Of a stretch of 64,000 nt of DNA, positions 50,976-61,389 are shown one piece after another (the stretch's first letter is position 1; each line of letters starts with the position of its first letter). Source of the stretch: Escherichia phage vB-Eco-KMB23; the sequence record OR525702.1; one strand, given 5' to 3'. Made by a program: the position numbers and the translations under genes. The notes under the pieces are model-generated. The model made no database searches. It saw only the letters and a list, made by a program, of their open reading frames with translations, and had not been told where the DNA came from.

Positions 50976-53900
50976 ATGGCTACTTTAAAACAAATACAAT
51001 TTAAAAGAAGCAAAACTGCAGGTCAACGTCCTGCTGCTTCAGTATTAGCCGAAGGTGAATTGGCTATAAACTTAAAAGATAGAACAATTTTTACTAAAGA
51101 CGATTCAGGAAATATCATTGACTTAAGCATTACCGCTGGCGGTAATATCAGTGGTAATATCACTCAAACTGGTGATTATACACAGACTGGAAAATTTAAT
51201 TTAATTGGCCCGCAGATTATAGCAAGTGGTGGATATATTGAGTTTAATTATCGTACTACTGGAAGTGGGGCTTGGTCCGGTCAACACACTGCAAAGGCTC
51301 CAATTTTTGTAGATTTAAGCTCAGCTACTTCCACATCTGAATATAATCCTATAATTAAACAGCGCTTTAAAGATGGAACTTTTTCATTAGGTACTTTAGT
51401 TTCTGAAGGTTCGTTGAAGATTCATTATATTGATGAAACTGGTCAATCTAAATATTGGACATTTGCGCGCTCAGGTAATTTTCAAGTTGATTCTGGTAAT
51501 TTATTAGTATCTGGTGGGTATTTAGTCGCTCAGAGTAATATTGAAACAAGAACAGGTTCTTTGATTGGTCCATCTGTTGTAACTAAAAATATTTCATTTG
51601 ATACGAAAGCGTTTGGACAATACGATTCGCAGTCATTAGTTCAATATGTTTATCCTGGAACTGGTGAAACAAACGGAATTAATTACCTTCGTAAATTCCG
51701 TGCAAAATCTGGTGGTACGATTTATCATGAATTAGCTTCTGCACAAACCGGAAAAAGTGATGAACTGTCTTGGTGGACCGGTAATACAGCCGTTAATAAA
51801 CAAATGGGCCTTCGCAATGATGGGTCTTTAGTGTTGCGACGCTCACTCGCAATTGGTACAATTACAACAGATGAAAACATTAATAATTACGGCTCCACTG
51901 GAGCAATGGGTGAATGCTATATAGTCATTGGAGATGCCGCAACTGGTGTATCATATAAAAGATCTGGTGTATATGATTTAGTTGCTAATGGTCTTTCTAT
52001 CGCGTCTATTACTCCTGACAGTTTCCGTAGTACTCGTAAAGCATTATTTGGACGTTCAGAAGACCAAGGCGGAACATGGATTATGCCTGGAACGAACGCT
52101 GCTTTTTTATCGGTTCAAACACAGGCTGATGAAAACTCTGCTGGAGATGGTCAAACCCACATTGGATATAACTCTGGCGGTAAAATGAACCACTATTTCC
52201 GTGGTAAAGGAAAAACTAATATTAATACTCAAGAAGGCATGGAAGTTAACCCAGGTATTTTGAAATTGGTAACTGGCTCTAATAATGTAATGTTTTATGC
52301 TGATGGCGGTATTACATCTGTTAAGCAGCTTTCAATATATAACGGCATATATTTAGCAGCTAATAATTCTACTGCTGGGCTAACATTCGCTCCAACTACT
52401 ACAATTGATGGCACTAAGCAAATTTTGTGGGAAGGCGGTACTCGTGCTGGTCAGAATAAAAGCTATGTAACTGTTAAAGCATGGGGTAATTCATTTAACG
52501 CATCTGGCGATCGTAATCGTGAAACGGTTTTTGAAGTAGCTGATGGACAAGGATATTATTTTTATTCACAGCGTGTGGCTCCAAGTGGCTCTGAAACTAC
52601 TGGGCCTGTTGTAACCCAGTTCAATGGACAAGTTAATGCTAGAGGAAGTATTATTACTGACGGAAGTTTTAAAGTTAATGGATTAAGCACTTTAGTCGGT
52701 AATGTTACCATGTCTAATGGTTTGTTTGTCCAAGGTGGTTCTTCTATTACTGGACAAGTAAAAATTGGTGGAACTGCTGATGCATTAAGAATTTGGAATG
52801 CCGAATACGGTGCTATTTTCCGTCGCTCAGAAACAGCATTACATATTATCCCGACTCCTAAAGATGCCGGTGAAAGTGGTGGAATAAGTAATCTCCGCCC
52901 ACTTAGTATTAGTCTTAATAATGGTATGGTACAAATGCGCCATTCTGTTACGTTAGGCGATGATGGCGCTGGCGGTAATATGATTACTGTGGACAACGAT
53001 ACCAAACTTGTTGTTGTTACTAGTAATAGTCGCATTTCTCCTAATTACCGTATGCAGGTAGGACAAGCAGCTTATATTGATGCTGAATGTACTGACACAG
53101 TTCGCCCGGCTGGTGCAGGGTCTTTTGCTTCACAAAATAATGAAAACGTTCGTGCTCCATTCTATATGAATATTAATCGTACAGATACAAGTACTTACGT
53201 TCCTATTTTGAAACAACGATATGTCCAAGGAAACAGTTGTTATTCTCTGGGAACTCTAATTAACGGCGGTAACTTCAGAGTTCATTATCATGAAGGCGGC
53301 GATGGCGGTTCGACTGGCGCTATTATAAAGGATTTAGGTTGGGAATTTAACAAAAATGGTGATTTTATATCTCCTAAGCGTGTTTCTGCTGGGGGTTCAG
53401 TTTATTTAGGTACAGACGGCAATATTACAGGTGGTTCTGGCAATTTTGCTAATTTAAACAGTACAATTGAATCACTTAAAACCGATATTGTATCGAGTTA
53501 CCCAATCGGTGCTCCTATTCCATGGCCAACGGATACTCCTCCTGACGGTTACGCTATTATGGAAGGTCAGACTTTTGATAAGTCTGCATACCCAAAATTG
53601 GCTATGGCTTACCCATCTGGCGTAATTCCAGATATGCGCGGGCAAACTATTAAAGGTAAACCAAGTGGTCGAGCTGTATTAAGCGCAGAAGCCGATGGTG
53701 TTAAGGCTCATAGCCATAGTGCATCGGCTTCAAGTACTGACTTGGGTACTAAAACTACGTCGAGTTTTGATTATGGTACTAAGACGACAAGTAGCTTTGA
53801 CTATGGCACTAAGACTAGCAATACCACAGGTAACCACTCTCATACTGTAAGCGGTACTACGAGTTCTGCTGGTGCACACCAACATGCGCGCTCAGGTCCT

Positions 53901-54254
53901 CAGTTACAAGCCGGCATACCCAATAACATATTCTATGACGGATATAATAGTGTAGGTGCAAACGCCAACGCTAAAATCACCGGATCTGTGAGCGGTGCTA
54001 CTGCAGGGTCGAATATAGCCAAAACTTCTTCAGACGGTGCTCATACTCATACTTGGTCTGGTACTACAAGCACTACAGGTAACCATGCTCACACAGTAGG
54101 TATCGGTGCTCATACCCATACTGTAGGTATCGGTGCTCATACCCACACGGTAGCAATTGGCTCGCATGGTCATACTATCACTGTAAATAGTACAGGTAAT
54201 ACAGAAAACACGGTTAAAAACATTGCTTTTAACTATATCGTTCGTTTAGCATAA
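50976..54254 (+). CDS. 37: long tail fibre distal subunit / receptor-binding protein gp37 (1092 aa)
   Basis: T4 gp37-like with C-terminal His-box array ([32 protein letters not shown] x2, GSHGHTITV) and conserved C-terminus [11 protein letters not shown]; longer than T4 gp37 as I recall it. Confidence 0.95.
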   Translation: MATLKQIQFKRSKTAGQRPAASVLAEGELAINLKDRTIFTKDDSGNIIDLSITAGGNISGNITQTGDYTQTGKFNLIGPQIIASGGYIEFNYRTTGSGAWSGQHTAKAPIFVDLSSATSTSEYNPIIKQRFKDGTFSLGTLVSEGSLKIHYIDETGQSKYWTFARSGNFQVDSGNLLVSGGYLVAQSNIETRTGSLIGPSVVTKNISFDTKAFGQYDSQSLVQYVYPGTGETNGINYLRKFRAKSGGTIYHELASAQTGKSDELSWWTGNTAVNKQMGLRNDGSLVLRRSLAIGTITTDENINNYGSTGAMGECYIVIGDAATGVSYKRSGVYDLVANGLSIASITPDSFRSTRKALFGRSEDQGGTWIMPGTNAAFLSVQTQADENSAGDGQTHIGYNSGGKMNHYFRGKGKTNINTQEGMEVNPGILKLVTGSNNVMFYADGGITSVKQLSIYNGIYLAANNSTAGLTFAPTTTIDGTKQILWEGGTRAGQNKSYVTVKAWGNSFNASGDRNRETVFEVADGQGYYFYSQRVAPSGSETTGPVVTQFNGQVNARGSIITDGSFKVNGLSTLVGNVTMSNGLFVQGGSSITGQVKIGGTADALRIWNAEYGAIFRRSETALHIIPTPKDAGESGGISNLRPLSISLNNGMVQMRHSVTLGDDGAGGNMITVDNDTKLVVVTSNSRISPNYRMQVGQAAYIDAECTDTVRPAGAGSFASQNNENVRAPFYMNINRTDTSTYVPILKQRYVQGNSCYSLGTLINGGNFRVHYHEGGDGGSTGAIIKDLGWEFNKNGDFISPKRVSAGGSVYLGTDGNITGGSGNFANLNSTIESLKTDIVSSYPIGAPIPWPTDTPPDGYAIMEGQTFDKSAYPKLAMAYPSGVIPDMRGQTIKGKPSGRAVLSAEADGVKAHSHSASASSTDLGTKTTSSFDYGTKTTSSFDYGTKTSNTTGNHSHTVSGTTSSAGAHQHARSGPQLQAGIPNNIFYDGYNSVGANANAKITGSVSGATAGSNIAKTSSDGAHTHTWSGTTSTTGNHAHTVGIGAHTHTVGIGAHTHTVAIGSHGHTITVNSTGNTENTVKNIAFNYIVRLA
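53745..53820. repeat. 30-bp tandem repeats inside gene 37 ([10 protein letters not shown] units)
   Basis: GGTACTAAAACTACGTCGAGTTTTGATTAT and GGTACTAAGACGACAAGTAGCTTTGACTAT plus a partial third unit; copies differ at synonymous positions. Confidence 0.8.
54096..54149. repeat. 27-bp tandem repeat inside gene 37 (VGIGAHTHT His-box units)
   Basis: GTAGGTATCGGTGCTCATACCCATACT repeated as GTAGGTATCGGTGCTCATACCCACACG. Confidence 0.8.
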
Positions 54255-54258
54255 GGAG

Positions 54259-54274
54259 AGGGGCTTCGGCCCCT
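54259..54274 (+). other. stable hairpin between genes 37 and 38
   Basis: AGGGGC-TTCG-GCCCCT with no downstream T-run; likely an RNA structure or attenuator rather than a full terminator. Confidence 0.4.
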
Positions 54275-54281
54275 TCTGAAT

Positions 54282-54833
54282 ATGAAAATATATCATTATT
54301 ATTTTGACACTAAAGAATTTTACAAAGAAGAAAATTACAAACCGGTTAAAGGACTCGGTCTTCCTGCTCATTCAACAATTAAAAAACCTTTAGAACCTAA
54401 AGAAGGATACGCAGTTGTATTTGATGAACGTACTCAAGATTGGATTTATGAAGAAGACCATCGCGGCAAACGAGCATGGACTTTTAATAAAGAAGAAATT
54501 TTTATAAGTGACATTGGAAGCCCGGTTGGTATAACCTTTGATGAGCCCGGCGAATTTGATATATGGACTGATGACGGTTGGAAAGAAGACGAAACATATA
54601 AACGCGTTTTAATTCGCAATAGAAAAATTGAAGAATTATACAAAGAATTCCAAGTTTTAAATAATATGATTGAAGCTTCTGTCGCGAATAAAAAGGAAAA
54701 ATTCTATTATAAAAACCTTAAGCGGTTCTTTGCTCTTTTAGAAAAGCATGAGCATTTAGGTGGTGAATTCCCTTCATGGCCTGAAAAAGAACGGAAACCT
54801 TGGTATAAGCGTTTATTCAAGCATTACGTATAA
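54282..54833 (+). CDS. 38: gp38 tail-fibre assembly chaperone, T4 type (183 aa)
   Basis: 183 aa; sequence matches the T4-type gp38 chaperone (MKIYHYYFDTKEFYKEENYKPVKG...) rather than the T2-type adhesin. Confidence 0.93.
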   Translation: MKIYHYYFDTKEFYKEENYKPVKGLGLPAHSTIKKPLEPKEGYAVVFDERTQDWIYEEDHRGKRAWTFNKEEIFISDIGSPVGITFDEPGEFDIWTDDGWKEDETYKRVLIRNRKIEELYKEFQVLNNMIEASVANKKEKFYYKNLKRFFALLEKHEHLGGEFPSWPEKERKPWYKRLFKHYV

Positions 54834-54853
54834 ATATCTTAAAAGGAGGGTCT

Positions 54854-55510
54854 ATGGCAGCACCTAGAATATCATTTTCGCCCTCTGATATTCTGTTTGG
54901 TGTTCTAGATCGCTTGTTCAAAGATAACGCTACCGGGAAAGTTCTTGCTTCCCGGGTAGCTGTCGTAATTCTTTTATTTATGATGGCGATTGTTTGGTAT
55001 AGGGGAGATAGTTTCTTTGAGTACTATAAGCAATCAAAGTATGAAACATACAGTGAAATTATTGAAAAGGAAAGAAATGCACGCTTTGAATCTGTCGCCC
55101 TGGAACAACTCCAGATAGTTCATATATCATCTGAGGCAGACTTTAGTGCGGTGTATTCTTTCCGCCCTAAAAACTTAAACTATTTTGTTGATATTATAGC
55201 ATACGAAGGAAGATTACCTTCAACAATAACTGAAAAATCACTTGGAGGATATCCTGTTGATAAAACTATGGATGAATATATAGTTCATTTAAATGGACGT
55301 CATTATTATTCTGACTCAAAATTTGCTTTTTTACCAACTAAAAAGCCTACTCCCGAAATAAACTACATGTACAGTTGTCCATATTTTAATTTGGATAATA
55401 TCTATGCTGGAACGATAACCATGTACTGGTATAGAAATGATCATATAAGTAATGACCGCCTTGAATCAATATGTGCTCAGGCGGCCAGAATATTAGGAAG
55501 GGCTAAATAA
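54854..55510 (+). CDS. t: holin T (218 aa)
   Basis: 218 aa; one N-terminal transmembrane segment (VAVVILLFMMAIVWY) plus a large periplasmic domain. Confidence 0.93.
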   Translation: MAAPRISFSPSDILFGVLDRLFKDNATGKVLASRVAVVILLFMMAIVWYRGDSFFEYYKQSKYETYSEIIEKERNARFESVALEQLQIVHISSEADFSAVYSFRPKNLNYFVDIIAYEGRLPSTITEKSLGGYPVDKTMDEYIVHLNGRHYYSDSKFAFLPTKKPTPEINYMYSCPYFNLDNIYAGTITMYWYRNDHISNDRLESICAQAARILGRAK

Positions 55511-55783
55511 TTATTTGTTCGTATACATCTCTAGATATCGATATACACCCTCAAAACCCTCGTTGAATTCGTCGATGAGGGTTTTCTTATCTTCTTGAGT
55601 TAATTCAGAAACAATTTTACGGAATGAATTCTGATTTAATTTTCTACCTTCATGCGTTACTCCAATCTCATTCAGAAATGCAATAAAATTAGCACGATTT
55701 TCAACAATATCTTCTCTGGAAAATTTAATCAAAATAGACGCAACAGTAATAATTTCACGAACTGTATCAATGTTTTTATTCAT
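55511..55783 (-). CDS. asiA: anti-sigma-70 factor AsiA (90 aa)
   Basis: 90 aa; matches T4 AsiA (MNKNIDTVREIITVASILIKFSREDIVENRANFIAFLNEIG...). Confidence 0.94.
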   Translation of the reverse strand: MNKNIDTVREIITVASILIKFSREDIVENRANFIAFLNEIGVTHEGRKLNQNSFRKIVSELTQEDKKTLIDEFNEGFEGVYRYLEMYTNK

Positions 55784-55795
55784 TAACTATACCAC

Positions 55796-55948
55796 TCAAT
55801 TAGTTGACTTTGTTATAATATCATCAGACGCTTGATTTGTAAACTGGTCTGTGTTATTTTCTTCAAAAATTTTTTCTACGAATTCCTTGAACGACTTACG
55901 TTCCTGAGCTACATTATGCTCGATTACCTTTTCAAGATTATGACTCAT
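55796..55948 (-). CDS. small hypothetical protein (50 aa, asiA.1 position)
   Basis: Hand-translated MSHNLEKVIEHNVAQERKSFKEFVEKIFEENNTDQFTNQASDDIITKSTN; ATG overlaps the arn stop (ATGA); below the ORF-track cutoff. Confidence 0.4.
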   Translation of the reverse strand: MSHNLEKVIEHNVAQERKSFKEFVEKIFEENNTDQFTNQASDDIITKSTN

Positions 55949-56223
55949 TCGAAATAATCTTCAATTTCATAATCATGGACATAAATCATTATAGTTTTTA
56001 ATACATCATCAATACTTTTTCCTGGAGCTGGAATTACGTAAAAATACCCTGCTTTTGAGAGGTCTTTATAAGTTCCAATCAAGAAATCATTATTCTCAAG
56101 ATGTAGTTCTTCAACTAATTCATTAACAATTGAGTGGTATAAATTTGGTAGAAACTTATATAGCTTTTCTAGAATATCAATTTTGATTGTGTATTGAACC
56201 ACAGACTGAGAATCAATAATCAT
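55945..56223 (-). CDS. arn: Arn anti-restriction protein (92 aa)
   Basis: 92 aa, acidic; T4 arn position between asiA and motA. Confidence 0.85.
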   Translation of the reverse strand: MIIDSQSVVQYTIKIDILEKLYKFLPNLYHSIVNELVEELHLENNDFLIGTYKDLSKAGYFYVIPAPGKSIDDVLKTIMIYVHDYEIEDYFE

Positions 56224-56306
56224 AGACCTTCCCCTTATGTTTCTGTTTGCGATTAGATTCTTTAAACGCTTTCTTCTTATCCTTATGAACAGAAGCTTTA
56301 TTGAAA

Positions 56307-56525
56307 TTATGTTTTGCGACTAAATTGTTCATAGTGCTGAATTACCTCTCTCAAACATTTGCATGTGAATGAAAACTTTTTAGCTACACCACATTCAAAT
56401 ATATGTTCTCTTAAATCGCGTGTATCGGTATATCCCATCTCAACAATAAAATGCCGTATTAGATTTTTATCTTTATCATTGAGAGAATTAAAATAATCAG
56501 ATTTTGAATTAATTTCCCTGGCCAA
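56307..56525 (-). CDS. hypothetical protein (72 aa)
   Basis: ORF in the arn-motA interval; several Cys (FSFTCKCLREV). Confidence 0.45.
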   Translation of the reverse strand: MAREINSKSDYFNSLNDKDKNLIRHFIVEMGYTDTRDLREHIFECGVAKKFSFTCKCLREVIQHYEQFSRKT

Positions 56526-56805
56526 ATTGAATCACCTTCAGTTGACGTTTTAATTCTTTTATCATTTCTTCGTTCATCGCAATATAAAGATCGCGTAAAG
56601 CAGGTTTTAGCATTCCATTTACTGGAGAACTAAATGGACATACATAATCTTTTCCTACAAGCTTTTTGGCAAATTCCATATCACAAAATTTAAATGCCGG
56701 CTCATTCGCATAAATTCCCCAATTAGTTGACATCATTTTATTGGCATATTCCAGTGCCTGGATTTGATTCATAATTCCATCGATTTGAAACTTTTTAATA
56801 TTCAT
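56509..56805 (-). CDS. hypothetical protein (98 aa)
   Basis: ORF in the arn-motA interval. Confidence 0.5.
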   Translation of the reverse strand: MNIKKFQIDGIMNQIQALEYANKMMSTNWGIYANEPAFKFCDMEFAKKLVGKDYVCPFSSPVNGMLKPALRDLYIAMNEEMIKELKRQLKVIQFGQGN

Positions 56806-57266
56806 TAGTAAAGGTCCTCAGAGTAAAGTTCTTTTTCACTACCACCACGTTCAATACGTACTTGTCCAGCGTAAGTTGCAATAATCATTGCTTCTTCACG
56901 TGTCCAATAATTACTGTATTGGTCAATAAACCCTTGGTCATCATCACAAACTTGTTGAGTAACTAATTGAGGTTTAACTACATCTAAAACTTCGGCCATA
57001 TCTTTAGAATAATGACGAGCACCTGGAATAATAAGAGTTCGTCCATCTTTTAATTTAAAACGGTTGGCTGCGCAAACAATTCGTCGTTGATACTTTTGGT
57101 TTTCATCCCAGTACGCAGTCTGCCAACAGATTTCAGGAACTTCTTTCAGAATATCTTCTTCTGTGCATTTATAACCATGCGTTTTAAATTTTTCAACAAG
57201 ACTTTCTGGAGTTTCACGAGATAAAGGAACATTCAGCATTTTTAAACGATTGATAAATGGGTTCAT
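56805..57266 (-). CDS. hypothetical protein (153 aa)
   Basis: ORF with stop/start overlap to its neighbours. Confidence 0.55.
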   Translation of the reverse strand: MNPFINRLKMLNVPLSRETPESLVEKFKTHGYKCTEEDILKEVPEICWQTAYWDENQKYQRRIVCAANRFKLKDGRTLIIPGARHYSKDMAEVLDVVKPQLVTQQVCDDDQGFIDQYSNYWTREEAMIIATYAGQVRIERGGSEKELYSEDLY

Positions 57267-57592
57267 TTAAACCATCCTTTAATACGTTGCCACAAAGTTT
57301 TCTGCTGAGCTCTGTTAACACCAATTGAACGAATAACCGGTTGAGATTCCTGGAATTCTTTATAATCAGCAAGGTAAATTTCGTAAGCTGCATCCGTAAA
57401 TGAACTTATCGCTGCCATAAAATTATTACGAATACCTACTGGAGCATCTTTACTTTCACGAATAATCATGTATTTACCAGTCTTAATCTTTACGATAGTT
57501 CCAAGATAAGCTCCATGATACCAGATGTCCCAACCCTCTTGTGTAGGTTCTGCACAACGACGAAGTTCATTAATAATTTCTAACTTGTTCAT
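57263..57592 (-). CDS. hypothetical protein (109 aa, motA.1 position)
   Basis: ORF immediately downstream of motA. Confidence 0.5.
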   Translation of the reverse strand: MNKLEIINELRRCAEPTQEGWDIWYHGAYLGTIVKIKTGKYMIIRESKDAPVGIRNNFMAAISSFTDAAYEIYLADYKEFQESQPVIRSIGVNRAQQKTLWQRIKGWFK

Positions 57593-57602
57593 TATTTATT
57601 CC

Positions 57603-58238
57603 TCACAGTTCAGATGCTACAGTGATTACTGCTTCAATGTTTTCTGCTGAGCGTTTAATGTCAAGATACACATTACCGTTTTTAGCGATTTTACATGACA
57701 TTCCGATATCAGTAAATTTCTGAATATGATGTTCCATCATTTTGTATCCAAAAATTCGCATATTTCCATTGTTGTTAATTTCAAAATTACGAATTCCGTG
57801 AGTGCGTTTTTCTAAAATAGCGAGATAGTTACTGCGGTAAGTTTCAACCTTTTTAAGAACAAATCCATTTTCATCTAAAAGTTTTAACATGAGGTCTTTA
57901 TCTTCTTCCATATCAGAAGTAATCTCGCGAGCTTTACGAGTTGCTCGTTTTTTCAGCAGTTCCGGAGCATTTTCCTGTGCGTATAAAGTTGCTGCGTTTG
58001 AAATAATATCCTGAGCTTCACCTGTAATGATTAATCCATCACCAGATTTCTCCACCAGGCCCTTTTTAATCAATACCCCAATATTACTATTAACTACTGC
58101 GTTACCTAAATCTGGATGCACCTCACGAACTTCTGCAGCTGTAATGAAATCTTTCTTAGCAATGGTAATTAAAATCGCAGCAGTTTTTTCATTCAGAACA
58201 TCGTTAGAAGCTTTGATGATGTAAGTTACTTTAGACAT
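57603..58238 (-). CDS. motA: MotA middle-transcription activator (211 aa)
   Basis: 211 aa; matches T4 MotA (MSKVTYIIKASNDVLNEKTAAILITIAKKDFITAAEVREVHPDLG...). Confidence 0.94.
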   Translation of the reverse strand: MSKVTYIIKASNDVLNEKTAAILITIAKKDFITAAEVREVHPDLGNAVVNSNIGVLIKKGLVEKSGDGLIITGEAQDIISNAATLYAQENAPELLKKRATRKAREITSDMEEDKDLMLKLLDENGFVLKKVETYRSNYLAILEKRTHGIRNFEINNNGNMRIFGYKMMEHHIQKFTDIGMSCKIAKNGNVYLDIKRSAENIEAVITVASEL

Positions 58239-58274
58239 TTTCTAATCTCCGTAATTCTGTATCAGTAGTTGATA

Positions 58275-58312
58275 GTTGTATAGTACCACAGTATGCTTTG
58301 GTTGTAAACCGT
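58275..58312 (-). promoter_or_regulatory. early promoter for motA
   Basis: - strand TTTTTTCACAAAACGGTTTAC -35 and TGGTACTATACAACTATCAACTAC -10 region. Confidence 0.55.
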
Positions 58313-58329
58313 TTTGTGAAAAAATTTTA

Positions 58330-58357
58330 AAATAAAAAAGGAGAGCCGAGGCTCTCC
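58330..58357 (-). terminator. intrinsic terminator upstream of the motA promoter
   Basis: GGAGAGC-CGAG-GCTCTCC hairpin followed on the - strand by TTTTTATTTTA. Confidence 0.6.
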
Positions 58358-58363
58358 CTAAAA

Positions 58364-58513
58364 TTACTGCGTGACAGTTATTACAGTCATGATAACACGT
58401 TGAATTCCGAACGCAAGAAGACCTCCTGCTACGGCTGGAACAACGCCTAACCCTGCCAGTAAAACGCTACCAGATACTAATGCAGCGCTTGTAATACCAA
58501 TGAATGGACTCAT
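58364..58513 (-). CDS. small hydrophobic membrane protein (49 aa)
   Basis: Hand-translated MSPFIGITSAALVSGSVLLAGLGVVPAVAGGLLAFGIQRVIMTVITVTQ; ATG overlaps the gene 52 stop (ATGA); below the ORF-track cutoff. Confidence 0.45.
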   Translation of the reverse strand: MSPFIGITSAALVSGSVLLAGLGVVPAVAGGLLAFGIQRVIMTVITVTQ

Positions 58514-59838
58514 TTGATTTCCTCTAAATCTTTGGTGTATTCTGTAACTACATCAGTAGTTTTCCAATATTCGTTTTCTTCTTTTTTAGCTTTAGCTTCT
58601 TCAGCAAGTTTCTTTGCTTCATCGGAAGTCATATGAAAAATATTCATTCCAACTAGTTTATCAACATAAGAAGAATACATATCGATTTTCGAAAGTTCTT
58701 CGGTCAGTTCTTTACGAGTTTTACCCTGTACAACAATTTCACCTGAAATTACTTTCTTAATGAAATGTGCCTTGGCAAAGGCTAAACGAAAAGCTGACTC
58801 AGTTTCTTTAATTTTGTTATCAATTCGTTTTTGGACATAAGTTTTACGAACTTCAACAAAGTCTTTAATTAAATCAACTACGTTATCGTAAACTTGTAGT
58901 TTTCCTTTCTCATTAATAACCGTAATATTCTGAGAACGACGCTCAATCAGTCCGAAGTCTTTCATAATTTTTGCATGGCGTTCTTCTTCATTATCGCTCA
59001 AAGAATATTCTTTGCGGAATTTAACTTTGAATCCAAAACCGTGCTCACCGCAAGCATCATCCCATGTAATGAAGCCTTTATCTTCAAGTGGGTCTAAGAT
59101 TTTACTCACATAAGTTTCACGATCATACTTATATGGAATCTCAGTGATATGCATTTGAGTTCGTGAAGTAAACTTATATGTTCCACGAATTTCATACTGC
59201 CCATCAATTTCAACAACTTCACCACGAAATTCTGGGAATTCTACCTTCGGTTTAGTTACTTTCTTTCCTTGAAGAGCTTGCAGTACAGCTTTCTTGACAG
59301 AAGAAACACTATGAGGAAGAATGTAAGTTGCATAACCAGTTGCAATACCGGAAACACCATTAAGAAGAACGGTAGGAATAATAGGCAAATAGAAAGCAGG
59401 CGGAATGTGTTCTTTATCTTGATGTACCGGAGCATATTCAGTATCTTTATATACGTTATAGAAATTTTTACTTACACGAGCAAAAATATAACGACTTGCC
59501 GCTGCTTTTTGAACGGTACGAGAACCGAAGTTTCCTTGACCATCTAACAGAGGAAAGTTATTATTCCAAGTATTAGCCATCAAAGCACCTGCGTCTTGCG
59601 CAGAGTTTTCACCATGATGATATCCAAGGTCCGCTACACCGCCTGCGATAGAAGCGAGTTTGTGAAACTTATCTTTATTTCCTCGTGCTAAATCAAGAGC
59701 TCGAGCAATAACAAATCGTTGAACTGGCTTAAATCCGTCAATCATATTTGGGATAGCACGATTTTCAACCGTGTACATAGCATAAGCCAATGCTTCATTA
59801 TCAATGATACTTTTTAAATCGCGATTATTCAGTTGCAT
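58510..59838 (-). CDS. 52: DNA topoisomerase II medium subunit gp52 (442 aa)
   Basis: GyrA/ParC-like N-terminal region (AYAMYTVENRAIPNMIDGFKPVQRF); 442 aa as in T4. Confidence 0.94.
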   Translation of the reverse strand: MQLNNRDLKSIIDNEALAYAMYTVENRAIPNMIDGFKPVQRFVIARALDLARGNKDKFHKLASIAGGVADLGYHHGENSAQDAGALMANTWNNNFPLLDGQGNFGSRTVQKAAASRYIFARVSKNFYNVYKDTEYAPVHQDKEHIPPAFYLPIIPTVLLNGVSGIATGYATYILPHSVSSVKKAVLQALQGKKVTKPKVEFPEFRGEVVEIDGQYEIRGTYKFTSRTQMHITEIPYKYDRETYVSKILDPLEDKGFITWDDACGEHGFGFKVKFRKEYSLSDNEEERHAKIMKDFGLIERRSQNITVINEKGKLQVYDNVVDLIKDFVEVRKTYVQKRIDNKIKETESAFRLAFAKAHFIKKVISGEIVVQGKTRKELTEELSKIDMYSSYVDKLVGMNIFHMTSDEAKKLAEEAKAKKEENEYWKTTDVVTEYTKDLEEIK

Positions 59839-59842
59839 AAAT

Positions 59843-59983
59843 TTACCATACTAGTGAATGTAGTGCCATAATAACATCAGAAATGAAAAGCACGACTTGA
59901 ATTAATCCGAACATTATTCCGTAATATAATGCTATCAATAAAATAGCAAGGGCTAATGAATAGCCCAAGATTTTCTTAATCAT
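59843..59983 (-). CDS. small hydrophobic membrane protein (46 aa), ac/52.1 region
   Basis: Hand-translated MIKKILGYSLALAILLIALYYGIMFGLIQVVLFISDVIMALHSLVW; below the ORF-track cutoff. Confidence 0.4.
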   Translation of the reverse strand: MIKKILGYSLALAILLIALYYGIMFGLIQVVLFISDVIMALHSLVW

Positions 59984-60134
59984 TAGTAGATAACAACACA
60001 AATGTTAAATATGCACACATACCCTGAGCTAAAGCTTGCGAAAACACACTGCTGGCATCAATACAGATAGTTAAAACACATGCTACTATCCAACAAATAA
60101 ATGAAATAACTCCTAATAATTTTGCAATATTCAT
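59976..60134 (-). CDS. small hydrophobic membrane protein (52 aa), ac/52.1 region
   Basis: Hand-translated MNIAKLLGVISFICWIVACVLTICIDASSVFSQALAQGMCAYLTFVLLSTND; overlaps the next ORF start by 8 nt. Confidence 0.4.
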   Translation of the reverse strand: MNIAKLLGVISFICWIVACVLTICIDASSVFSQALAQGMCAYLTFVLLSTND

Positions 60135-60141
60135 ATTTTCC

Positions 60142-60222
60142 TCACTGGCGTCCGAAGACGCCTTTGGTTTTAAGATTGTTACGATAGAACTGCATCACAT
60201 GTTCGTTATGGAAATTACTCAT
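60142..60222 (-). CDS. stp: Stp peptide (26 aa), activator of the host PrrC anticodon nuclease
   Basis: Hand-translated [26 protein letters not shown], matching T4 Stp as recalled; ATG overlaps the ndd stop; absent from the ORF track. Confidence 0.75.
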
Positions 60223-60680
60223 TAATATGCCTGCAAAACAAATTTAAAGTTATCAGCCAACATACGGTTCATTTCTTCAAGTGTTTGATACTCAGAATGA
60301 TGATTACGAGTAAACGCTAAAGCTAACTGTCCTTTTCCAAATCCCGTCGTCAGAGGTTTCATCTTAGAAGCAGGCAGATAAAATACTGTGTATGGAACAT
60401 TGTTATTTGCAATAGTACGTGCAAGCTGAGACCGACGTTGACGAATATGACTTAGAACTGCGCTGAATCCTTGCTTAGAACGTTGATTACCTACATAAAA
60501 TCGTGCAGACACACATGGATTACTAAATGGACGACCATCTAATTTACTCACTAAAAAGTAAAATCCAGGTTTAGACAAAATGTCTTTGTGCGGAGTTCCC
60601 AAAAACCATTCACCACCCTTGATTGTACCAATAACAGTTGCGCCTGCGTTGTTCAGATCAGTAACAGTCATGTATTTCAT
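60222..60680 (-). CDS. ndd: Ndd nucleoid disruption protein (152 aa)
   Basis: 151-152 aa basic protein in the T4 ndd position after stp. Confidence 0.85.
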
Positions 60681-60739
60681 TTTAATTTCCTCTAATTATT
60701 TTCTACTCCAAGGCCGCATGAATACACGCGGCCATTAAA

Positions 60740-60955
60740 TTAATCGTCGCAGTCGACGCTCAATTCCCAGAATTCTTCTACGGTGTAAGTTTCAGTATCA
60801 TTTTCAATACAGAAACGTTCATTACTATTATTTGCTAAAGTAGCATTAACTGTCGGTTTCTCGCTAGTGCTCTTAAGAGGTGAAATACGAATTAACTGAT
60901 CACCATTATCTAAACAGAAAATTTCACCAACTTTTACATCTTTAAAACTTTTCAT
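60740..60955 (-). CDS. hypothetical protein (71 aa, ndd.1 position)
   Basis: ORF with ATG start. Confidence 0.5.
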   Translation of the reverse strand: MKSFKDVKVGEIFCLDNGDQLIRISPLKSTSEKPTVNATLANNSNERFCIENDTETYTVEEFWELSVDCDD

Positions 60956-61070
60956 AATTCACCTCAAGGAGTATAAAATCCAAATGCAGTTGTTGACCAT
61001 CCCATCCAATATGGGAAATTTGCGCCAATGTAAAACATAAGAATATAAAACCAAATGTTTAGTAAATTCA

Positions 61071-61289
61071 TCATTTTACACCATTCCAAATTGTTTCAAC
61101 TACGGATTTTAAACCATTTTGATGAATATCCATTCCGACTACCGCCATCAAATAGATTCCAACTACAACTGAACCTAAGGCAAAAATCAGCATGAAAATG
61201 AATAAAGCCGGAAAAATATTATCGAAAAACCATTCAATAAATGTAAAAGCACTGCGTTTACGCTTCATATTTTCCTCACATAAATCCAA
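61071..61289 (-). CDS. hypothetical membrane protein (72 aa)
   Basis: Hydrophobic segment FPALFIFMLIFALGSVVVGIYLMAVVGM. Confidence 0.5.
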   Translation of the reverse strand: MDLCEENMKRKRSAFTFIEWFFDNIFPALFIFMLIFALGSVVVGIYLMAVVGMDIHQNGLKSVVETIWNGVK

Positions 61290-61389
61290 AGTAAGCGTTT
61301 AATACATCAATCATTAAAACGATTGGGAATATACTCAAAACTATTAATATTATAACTACATTCCATATAGCTTTAATAATCTTTTTCAT
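61276..61389 (-). CDS. small membrane peptide (37 aa from ATG)
   Basis: ATG at 61389 downstream of an early promoter; MKKIIKAIWNVVIILIVLSIFPIVLMIDVLNAYFGFM. Confidence 0.4.
   Translation of the reverse strand: MKKIIKAIWNVVIILIVLSIFPIVLMIDVLNAYFGFM

Noticed and set aside
51982-54643. Shadow ORFs within genes 37 and 38 (51982..52188, 52562..53035, 54446..54643)
   Set aside because: Opposite-strand overlaps with tail-fibre genes; the 157-aa one is Pro/Leu-rich, typical of antisense to Gly/Thr/Ser-rich fibre sequence.
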